Below are positions 24,901 through 34,198 of a DNA stretch of 34,198 nt, one piece after another; the stretch's first letter is position 1, and each line of letters begins with the position of its first letter. A program made the position numbers and the translations under genes. Under the pieces are notes generated by a model. The model saw only the letters and a list, made by a program, of their open reading frames with translations. It had not been told where the DNA came from and searched no databases. Source of the stretch: Sphaeroforma arctica JP610 (taxonomy: Eukaryota); the NCBI RefSeq assembly GCF_001186125.1, contig NW_014040265.1:36164-70361 (forward strand). The letters are read 5' to 3'.

Positions 24901-27900
24901 ATATATATATATACATATATATATATGTAAGCTGAACACACACACACACACACACATATATATACATTTATATATATATATATATATACATATATATACA
25001 TATATATTTACACACATATATAAACACAACATATAACATATACATCTCTGCACATACCTCCGCGACTCTTGGTCGACTGACTAGTGTGTAGCACACTATG
25101 CCTGCTCTTCACACTACTAGTGCGACTGCCCCCCATCTGCGAGATCTTTCGCGCAATATCTGTGGCAAACGCTGACGCCTTGCGTACATTCGGCACCATA
25201 TTCTCATCAAAACCAGCCGGGACGGGTTCGTCCAGATCGGGTTCTTTGTCCTCGTCCGAGTCGCTGTCGTCTCCGTCTGTGGGGGGGTACGTGTGCGTTG
25301 GGTTCAGTACTGCCGCTCGATGGTTGCATACGTTATCATACGGAACGTATTGCATTTAATACAACACAGTTCAATAACCGTGTAGGGTGGTGGGGTTTAT
25401 GTGCCCGTTCGACCCGGTTGAGTATAGTCATAAGTGGTGTGTGGTGAGACTCTAACGAGTGCGTTCCATTTAGTGCTGCCGCTCGATGGTTGAAAACGTT
25501 GTAATGCTTATCGCATTGGATCCAAGACATCACAGTCCGCCGAGTACTCGTAGGTCTAGTTGTGCTATATGTATTTTCAACTCAGATTCTGAGATCGATG
25601 GGGTTATCAAATGTGTGGCTGCATGTCGTTGTAAACATTCGCACATAACCTCAGAGAACACCAGACCATCCAAAAAATAAGATAACACAGACAAATAACT
25701 GCCACATATGCATCAATGAAAAAAACAACAACATATAATCAACACCATATCAGTAATACAACCAGTCATCACCACTAACCAATAGTCAAGTACCGAACTT
25801 CTATCGCCACATACCTGCCAACTGGTCTGTATAGGCCTTTCCCATCTGTAGCTCAATCAGACCATAGTACACTCCATCCTTAATCTTCATCAACTCATCG
25901 TGCGTGCCTTGCTCGTGGATTCTGTAAGAGAGGTTGTAAGAGAGGTTTGTGCGCAGTTAATGTGTGTTAACGGTTTGGGCGGTTGGTAACCAAATACAAG
26001 TTGTGGTAGACCTGGCGAGACAAACAGGCTTGTACAATAATGAGCTACGTAAATCGCACGCATCACAAGGCATACAGGGAACTTAAAACAGCACCTGCAC
26101 AGCTACATATATCCAAACAAAGTAGATACGTGACTACTGAGAGATTGCCCTTACATGTGTACAAACCACGTGCAAACACTGGAATGGTGTGCTCCTCGGC
26201 TGGGATGGTCAAAGTTATCATATATGCTTGATAGCGAATAGTGTACTGCTGACTGTGTGGGCAATAAACTCATTTTCTATCACCTCAAAACAAAGAAGAA
26301 AATCAGCGCAATGTATATTTACGGAATATACACTCACTCTCCATTTTTGGATAAGAACACGGACACGACTTGCGCAGTGTATAGTAAACCACCTGCCCTG
26401 TGTGAGCAATACACTTACTTTCCGTCTTTGAAGCACGCGATCACATCAGCGTTGCGAATAGTTGTCAGTCGGTGCGCCACAACCAGACACGTGCGGTTGT
26501 TGTCGTCCATGAGACCGTCGAGCGCCTGCGTGTGGGTGGCAGGACTTCAATCAGCACATATGGCTTATCTAGGCGTATATATATATACATACATACATAC
26601 GTATATATACATACATACATACATATATATATACACACACAGAGACATATATATATATATATACATATACATATACATATATACTCAAATGCTGAGAACG
26701 AATACGTACTACTTTTATATACGTACTACTTTTATATATGTAAGGGGTAAGAGGTATGTAGGTGTATATCTGTATGGTCATGGTCACTGGTTCGCATTCA
26801 TAAGTGTGTATTGTCAATTTTATATCGCCGAGTACATACCTACCTATACAAGCATATTTAGTTCTATTCCCTTGCCTTATATTATAACAACTACCGTTGC
26901 TTACTGATTCAGGTCAAATATTGCATCTCAGAAACAAACATGAACATGTCAAGCGTCAGGTATAAAAAAAACAAGTGTCAGGTGTCGATCGTCAGTGTCA
27001 TGTTAAATTAAAAATATCAAAGATAGATATCCGATATGCACTGCTACCGCTTTCCATCTCAAGAGCACTGTTTGCTACACATTAAAAGCACAAATCTTTG
27101 GGCTGCGTATGCAGCAGCATCTACCCACATACGCATTCGTATCAGTAGACATGTGTATGTACAAACGAGTACTTATGCCAATGAGCAGACACTTACGGCG
27201 CTATCGAATCGTGACACAGCTGTTAAATTATACACTCTCATGCACATACATGCAGACAAACACACACACACACATATATATATAAATATATAGGCATATA
27301 CATACACATATATCATACCGCCTGGACAATTCTCTCACTCTCCGTATCCAGAGCACTAGTGGCTTCGTCCAGCAACAGAATCTGTGGCCGACGGATAATG
27401 GCACGGGCAATGGCGATGCGCTGTTTCTGACCGCCTGAGAGTTGCACACCTTTCTCACCCACCAGTGTGTCGAAGCCGTTTGGGAACTGCATGATGTAGC
27501 TGTGAACGGGATGGAGGAGTATATGAGGCGATTCAATAGAAGTACACGGGCAGTGCATGCCACGTGGTAGCACACACACACTGTTGTAGATCACACCGAG
27601 ATACTATACCTATGCTAAACGTCAACGGAAGGGGACTTCCAAATCCAAACTACAAACGTGAAGCCGCTCTGACTTAAGTCCTATTTTTATAACACACCAC
27701 AAAGACATGGACAATAAAACACTCCAAAGACATAGACACTGAAAGACCCCAAAGACAGAACAACTCACTACCACTCACTTGTAGGCATTGGCGCCAGTCC
27801 CACTTCTATAAAAGATCCCAAAGACATAGACACTGAAAGACCCCAACGACATAGAACAACCCACTACCACTCACTTGTAGGCATTAGCGTCCTTGGCGGC

Positions 27901-29894
27901 TTGCACGATGTCGTCCATAGACACAGTTGAGATGTCGCCCTTTCCGAACGCAATGTTCTCTGCGATGGTGCCGTGGAAGAGAGAGGGCTCCTGTCCCACC
28001 AGTCCTATATACACAAATATAGGTTATTCACCCAGGATTAGATAAACGGGCTGGGCTGGATTGGGTTGGGTTTAGGGTTGGGCTGGGTTGGATGGGGTTG
28101 GGTGTTTGAGAATAACTCCAGTAAGCTATGGGCAATCTGTAGCTTTGGTACGAATCAGCTCGGGTCGGAGAATGACTCACACAAGCGTGTGTTTGTACTA
28201 CATAACCAGAATATTGGACCTTAAGTCCTGAATATTGGAACTTTAGTCCTGAATATTGGACCTTGAGTCGTGAATATTGGACCTTAAGTCCTGAGACACA
28301 TGGACAAAGAAGGGACCGCAATGAAGATCCGGACAAACCACTCTACAAGTTGGCCGGATGGAAGGGAGTCGTGGATTGGTTACACAACACTACAATACCA
28401 CATACACAGACAAGTGATGGAAACCTTCGGCTGATGAATAACCCTAAAACCCAAAACCCTTATATACCACAATGCCATAGTGGGTATAAAGTGTCGCACG
28501 ACACACGCAGATGCTATGAGGAGAGAGATAGAGATAGACATTGCAAACATAAACCACACACCAACACCACAGATAGACGAGTGACATAGACCATATGCAC
28601 AAACCTCAAACACCACCACTAAAACATAAGCATACCCATTTGACCACGCAGCCAGTATGTGTCCAGACCCTTAATGTCCTGGCCATCCAGCAGAACAGAC
28701 CCCTGAATGGGCTCATAGAAACGCTGCAGCATGCCAATAGCGGTACTCTTACCTACCCATTGCGGAAGAGGAGTGGACGTAGCAAGATTGTTATGTATTA
28801 GCTTCTGTTTGGGTAGGGGGTTCTTTTGGGTTTGGTACATCACCGACTTTGCTGTATATGGTGTATTGCGCGAGTTGGGTTTCCTATGCTAACTGATGTG
28901 TGAGGTGCTCGTCATTCGCTGTAGATGATCAGTAGTATTGGATGTCGCAGACATTGATAGATACAGCAAACTGCGCGAGTCTCGATATAGATTTCGCTGT
29001 TACCGTTACATGCAAGCAATTCACGCTGCTATATATATATATATATATACATATGTATACACTCCCACATGATAATAAATATACACATGTATTTGTACAT
29101 ATATACTATATCTTATATATATATATATATACTTACCAAGGACCACTCACTTACCACTTCCCGAAGCACCGACTAAGGCGACGGTTTGGCCTGGCTTGAC
29201 CTTCAAGTTGAAGTTTTTGAGAATCACTTGGTCGGGTCGAGATGGGTAGACGAATGTGATGTCTTTAAACTCGATCACTCCCGCTGTGCTGTCGGGTTTG
29301 GCACCACCGTCCTGATGATGGCATGGACACACGCATGAAGAGTGTGAGAATACGTACCTTGTATCGTCATACATATATGTATGCAAGAACATACAGGTGT
29401 ATATGTATGCTCATACAGTTATATATGTCCGATTTATGATGTGTGGTTGAGCGATTTTATGTGAACCGTATTAGAAGTCTGGTTATGTCTGCGTCTCCGT
29501 TTGTTTGTGCGGGTGCGATTGTGAGCGCCTGTGTAAACGCGTGCGTGTGTATAATGTGCATATACGTGTATGTGTGTAATGTGTACTTGGATGTTTGTGT
29601 GTAGATACCTATACCTATACCTACATATATATATCTATAAGTATATATATATTGTAACAATATATATATATATACATATACATATACGTACGCACACACA
29701 CACATATATATATACATACGTATGAGCGTAACCGTTGACCTACCTCTGGAATTCGGGGGTTTCGCTTGAGGATACGCATGATAGACTCCATAGCACCACG
29801 GCCTTCAAGGATGGATGTGAAATTAGGACCCACCTGAGAATACATATCGAGAAACAATTGTCAAAAAGTGAAGTCGAAAACTATATGCATATAG

Positions 29895-29931
<37 letters not shown>

Positions 29932-29940
29932 TACGTATGC

Positions 29941-29971
<31 letters not shown>

Positions 29972-32900
29972 GATCATACACATACATATACATAAATTCA
30001 TACATATACATACATATACACACACACATATATATATATACTCAATATATATATATATACACTATATACGTATATACATATACATACATACACATACATA
30101 CATACATAGATCATACATATATATATATATATCCCAAAAGTCCCTCAAAATCGGACCACTCCGTACCATTCTGAAACGGAAGGACACACTGGTCACACCA
30201 GCCACTAACTGCTCCACAGTACGTGTACACTCGCAATGTACGACATACACATCACTGCTACACACCTGGGCAATCGCCATAGCACCCATAGTGGGACTCA
30301 GGAACACATCTCCCACTTGCCTGTCCTTATACAACTATCAGAATAAACCATACCTGCATGGTACTACACCTCTCACCCTACACACTTCTCTATAGATCTA
30401 CACCGCGTACAGACATAGTAAATAAGTTATAGGGACTAGCCAACCACACACCCGAGCAACAGCCAGAGCCCTCGTCATGAAAATGAACCGAAGCACACTC
30501 AGCCCCATATTTGAAACAATACATCCACTACACTACTACAGTTCAATTGATGTACAAGATATACACCCCACTACAAACCACCCCCACACCTGCGCAATAG
30601 CCATAGTCCCCATCATGAAACTGAAGAACACATTGGTTACATCGCCCACGGACTGGATGTTGGGATCGTCGTTGCTGATCAGATACCCGCCCCACCACCA
30701 ACCCAAGGCATAGGTCAGGAAGATGATCATGAAGATAAAGCCCAGACTCAGGGCCAGCAGAAGCCCGGCCTTGATGGCAACCTATTTGAGATACACAAAG
30801 GGTAAATACATCACGAATGAACACACAGGTCAGGAAGAGGGGTATAGAGATAAAGCCCAGACTCAAGGCTAGCAGAAGTCATGCTCTGATGGCAACTGAT
30901 GTAAAATGATATAGTATGAATACACCAGGAGTGAATATACGTAGGCAAAAAAGATAGGTATCGAGGAACAAGCCCTGACTAAGGGTAAATACATCACGAA
31001 TGAACACATAGGTCAGGAAGAGGAGTATAAAGATAAAGCCCAGACTCAAGGCTAGCAGAAGTTATGCTCTGATGGTAACTGATGTAAAACGACATAGTAT
31101 GAATACACCAGGAGTGGATATACGTAGGCATAAAACATATACATATACAAATACACACGTATATATATAAATACACAGACACATACATGTATACATATAC
31201 ATTTACATATAAATTTGCACATACACACTCACACACAGAAACATATGCGCGTGTGTTGTGTACACACCCACCTTCTCAGCACCAGCAACAAAGCCCTCGT
31301 AGCGCTCCGTCTGAGTCTTTTCCGCCGACAAACTGGCGACCGTTCGCATTGAGCTGAAGGTCTCCTCAGCCACACCGCCTGCCTTAGCGTACGCCGTTTG
31401 CTGCTGCTCTGTGATGATCTTAATAGCCACGCCCAAGGCACCGAAGGCAATGATCATCACGGGGAGACCGGCACACATCATCAGAGCCATCTTCCAGCCT
31501 GTGTGTGGGCGGGCGTGTAAGTAGGTAACACACACAGAAGAATATAAGCAATACATTTACCCTTCACGATACCCACAATGAAACCTTCGAAGAAAGGGCA
31601 TATACATCTAACCCTCTGATTACACACAGAAGAATATAAGCAAACCACCTACCCTTCAAGAAACCCAGAATGAAACCTCCGAAGAAAGGACATAGACATC
31701 TGACCCTCTAATCACACACAGAAGAATACAAGCAAACCATTTACCCTTCACGAAACCCAGAATGAAACCTCCAAAGAACTGGCAGATATACTTGATGAAT
31801 TCGGAAAGTTTCTGGCCGATGGCACCCTGTATCAAAACGGTATCTCCTGCAATACGCGACGACAGCTGTGTGGGCTCTCGCACATCATACCATCCTAGTT
31901 CCTGCTTGAGTGTCGCTCGCAGCGCCTGTTTAGCAGAAGCACCCAAATAGATAAGTAATGGTATACATACACACACACACACATACATACTAACTCTTAT
32001 ATATATATATATACATATATGCATATATTTACATATATATATATAAACATATATATATATATGTACAATTTGTGAAGAGAAAATAGACTTCCAACTGTCC
32101 TCAGATGTATGACGCTAGCCCGAGAAGAACCTTCATACCTGAACACACCGCAGGCGGAGGTGGCGATCTCAAAGTGCAAGTGAGCGCGTAAGCGAATACG
32201 TTTACCAGAAGCGAAAGGAGTCAATAAAACATTATGGCAGAAAATACCTACCTCTGCCCGGAGTATCTCAACCTGATTGGCCGCCGCAACTGCGAAGCAT
32301 GCATAACCAAGGAAACTGGTGAGAAAGAGCACGATGGCAAAGTAGAAGAAGTTCAGCGACGCATCCTTGACGACATCGGGTTGGTATGTGGGATAGAATC
32401 CGTCCATGGTGTCTCCAAGTAGCAGACCAAAGAAGGGGAAGGCGACACCTGTGTGTTTATGGTAGGTAGTTTGAACTTTGATAATGAAGGAATGCAACGT
32501 TTGTGTGTATATAGAGAGACAGGAATGATAGTTGAGTTTTATTAATTAAGCAATACAACGTTTGTGTGTATATAGAGGGGCAGGAATGATAGTTGAGCTT
32601 GATTAATTAAGCAATACAACGTTTGTGTGTATGTAGAGAGGCAGGAATGATAGTCGAGCTTGATTAATTAAGCAATACAACGTTTGTGTGTATATAGAGA
32701 TGCAGGAATGATAGTTGAGCTTGATTAATTAAGCAATACAATGTGTGTGTGTCTATAGAGAGTCAATGATGATAGTTGAGCTTGATTAATTAAGCAATAC
32801 AACGTTTGTGTGTATGTAGAGAGGCAGGAATGATAGTCGAGCTAGGATATTAAAGAAAGACAGCTTACAACACGTATCTAGTGCGATAAAATTTTACTCA

Positions 32901-33580
32901 ACGAGATGCTTTATGCACCAAGATATATGACGCTGCACAAGCCAAAAGCAATGAAATCAAATGAACGTAAATCCACTGCCCTGGGGTCCTACTACGATCG
33001 ATACGTATATATTGACTGCAAATCAACGAATATTGAGTTGGTTGGCAGCACGCCAGAAGATAGACAGTACATGCACAGGCACACACCTGCTACGCCTGAG
33101 GTGATAGCTCCCAATAGCATAAGATACCAGTCTTTCTTGGTCGCCATGATAAACATGTCTTTGAATCCAATATCCACCGCTTCCTCGTCATCGGGGACTT
33201 TGTTCTTATCATCTGATAGTAATAGAAATAGAAAGTGGGGCAGGACACGGCGGATCAGATCACAAGTGGCAGTGCGATGGGGTTATGGATTGCAGCTTGG
33301 TTTTTCATATGTATAGGGTGATTGACTACAGCTTGATTTTTCATATGAATAGCGTATCTATGCAGAGCTTGAAATTTCATCTGTATCGTAGATACATGAC
33401 GCTGGGAACTGTACAACTCGAGTTCGCATACATTGTAATAGAACAGCTCACATCACAGCGAAAATGGCGTATCATACCTTCCTTTGTTTTCTTGTCTTTC
33501 TTCTTGCCCCATTTACGTTTAGGTTTGCGTCCTCCGAGATCATCGATGGCGTCTGAAGGAGACAATATCATAAATCTCGC
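15945..33580 (-). CDS. ABCB1: ABC transporter subfamily B full transporter (P-glycoprotein/MDR1-like, TMD-NBD-TMD-NBD), 26 exons in window; 5' end uncertain
   Basis: Exons on the minus strand, all GT-AG and phase-compatible: 33580-33478, 33212-33087, 32448-32252, 31925-31745, 31498-31272, 30781-30590, 29833-29744, 29311-29155, 28752-28636, 28004-27875, 27499-27319, 26525-26419, 25921-25815, 25276-25058, 24146-24025, 23228-22992, 22198-21968, 20538-20401, 19871-19762, 19340-19184, 18564-18378, 18062-17960, 17574-17435, 17074-16957, 16714-16551, 16033-15945 (sum 3930 nt, ends TAA). Two Walker A (GASGSGKST, GESGSGKST), two LSGGQKQR signatures, two [12 protein letters not shown], two AHRL, and YPSRP A-loops. 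The symbol indicates family similarity, not proven orthology. The acceptors at 33580 and 24146 have alternatives (33552, 24170). Confidence 0.95.
17061..17148. repeat. 44-bp duplication spanning an intron acceptor/exon start
   Basis: GTCCATGATGAAGTCTGAAGTGTATAGTGTAGTATGATTAATTG x2. The first copy overlaps the exon boundary at 17074. Confidence 0.85.
18772..18986. repeat. intronic minisatellite, ~36 bp x~6
   Basis: AATCTATCTATCAATCCAAAACTCTCAGAAAAGGGGA-like units. Confidence 0.9.
19422..19636. repeat. intronic minisatellite, ~39 bp x~5
   Basis: TTGTTCAATTAGTTAATACTATGTAATTTTTAACTATGT units. Confidence 0.9.
20812..21094. repeat. intronic minisatellite, 27 bp x~10
   Basis: TACTATAATACAAGTATAGTAGACAGG-like units. 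Confidence 0.9.
21350..21985. repeat. intronic minisatellite (~41 bp, ~16 copies) built from the exon end plus splice donor
   Basis: Each unit contains CACCTGCAAGGTACTGACACC, i.e. minus-strand GGTGTCAGTACCTTGCAG|GTG, matching the true junction at 21968. Confidence 0.92.
22858..23003. repeat. ~31-bp repeat x~5 containing exon end plus splice donor
   Basis: ACCCACCTGACGAATCAGACACGAGTATTTTA units. The last copy is the true junction at 22992. Confidence 0.88.
27726..27890. repeat. ~95-bp duplication spanning a splice donor
   Basis: AAAGACATAGACACTGAAAGACCCC...CACTACCACTCACTTGTAGGCATT occurs twice. The second copy is the true junction at 27875. Confidence 0.85.
28209..28293. repeat. 21-bp intronic repeat x4
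   Basis: GAATATTGGACCTTAAGTCCT units. Confidence 0.9.
30799..31130. repeat. two ~150-bp intronic copies containing a diverged copy of the adjacent exon start
   Basis: AGGTCAGGAAGA...GATAAAGCCCAGACTCA...GCAGAAG...TGATGGCAAC matches exon sequence 30712-30781. Copies at ~30799-30948 and ~30981-31130. Confidence 0.85.
31528..31790. repeat. ~92-bp repeat x3 containing exon end plus splice donor
   Basis: CACACAGAAGAATATAAGCAA...TACCCTTCA...CCCAGAATGAAACCT units. The third copy is the true junction at 31745. Confidence 0.88.
32495..32842. repeat. intronic minisatellite, ~61 bp x~6
   Basis: CAACGTTTGTGTGTATATAGAGAGGCAGGAATGATAGTTGAGCTTGATTAATTAAGCAATA units. Confidence 0.9.
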
Positions 33581-33799
33581 CTGTAAGTAAATACGTATCT
33601 ACCACAATTCATACCGTAAGTATACATGTATCTCACACAATTAACACTGTAAGTATATATTTACCTCACAGAATTCATACTGCAAGTATATTATACTTAT
33701 CTCTCACACTTTATACAGTAAAATATATACGTATCTCATACAACTCATACTAGAAGGATATTCGTACCTCACACTCGTATCACCAATTGTGCTTGCGGT

Positions 33800-34119
33800 A
33801 TTGTATATATACATACACACACACACATATACATACATATATATACATATATATATATGTATATAAATATACATATATATATATATATACATATATATAT
33901 ATGAATATATATATATATGTATATACATATACATATAACATTTACATTTACACAATTATACAAATATACAATTGTACAAATATATCTGCATATACATATA
34001 CATATATATATGTTTACATATATATAAATATATATACATATATATATATGTATACATAAATATACATAAATATATATATATATACATACATACATACATA
34101 CATGCATACATAAATTTAG

Positions 34120-34151
<32 letters not shown>

Positions 34152-34198
34152 ACATACATACATATATATATATATTATATTGTATATAATAAAATATA
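33800..34198. repeat. (TA)n/(CA)n microsatellite tract (one of many, e.g. ~22420-22520, 24850-25045, 26575-26685, 29600-30130, 31960-32065)
   Basis: Long imperfect TA/TACA dinucleotide runs. Confidence 0.95.

Noticed and set aside
18772..32842. Intronic 21-61 bp repeat arrays as CRISPR arrays or coding repeats
   Set aside because: They have no unique spacers, lie within GT-AG introns, and the ORFs over them are low-complexity artefacts.
22283..34159. Many ORFs rich in Y/I/M/C/V/H/T
   Set aside because: They are translations of (TA)n/(CA)n microsatellites, which lack stop codons.

Overview
Eukaryotic genomic DNA with GT-AG introns and abundant (TA)n/(CA)n microsatellites; the organism cannot be identified from sequence alone. 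The left part (613-8035, +) is a full-length but decayed Ty3/Gypsy-type LTR retrotransposon with two ~0.8 kb LTRs, gag, protease, RT, RNase H and a DDE integrase with a GPY/F motif. Between RNase H and integrase it carries an in-frame Dam-like N6-adenine DNA methyltransferase domain (DMFA...NPPW) of the kind normally associated with DIRS tyrosine-recombinase elements. This is the standout finding. The middle holds a possible Mutator-like relic (~8.3-9.6 kb), a degenerate non-LTR (LINE) RT (~11.0-11.8 kb) and a 300-bp tandem duplication. The right part (15945-33580, -) is an apparently intact ABCB/P-glycoprotein full transporter with 26 reconstructable exons (3930 nt, about 1309 aa; the 5' end may lie beyond the window). 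Its introns repeatedly contain tandem copies of their own exon/intron junctions and diverged 'ghost' exon copies with synonymous-biased substitutions.
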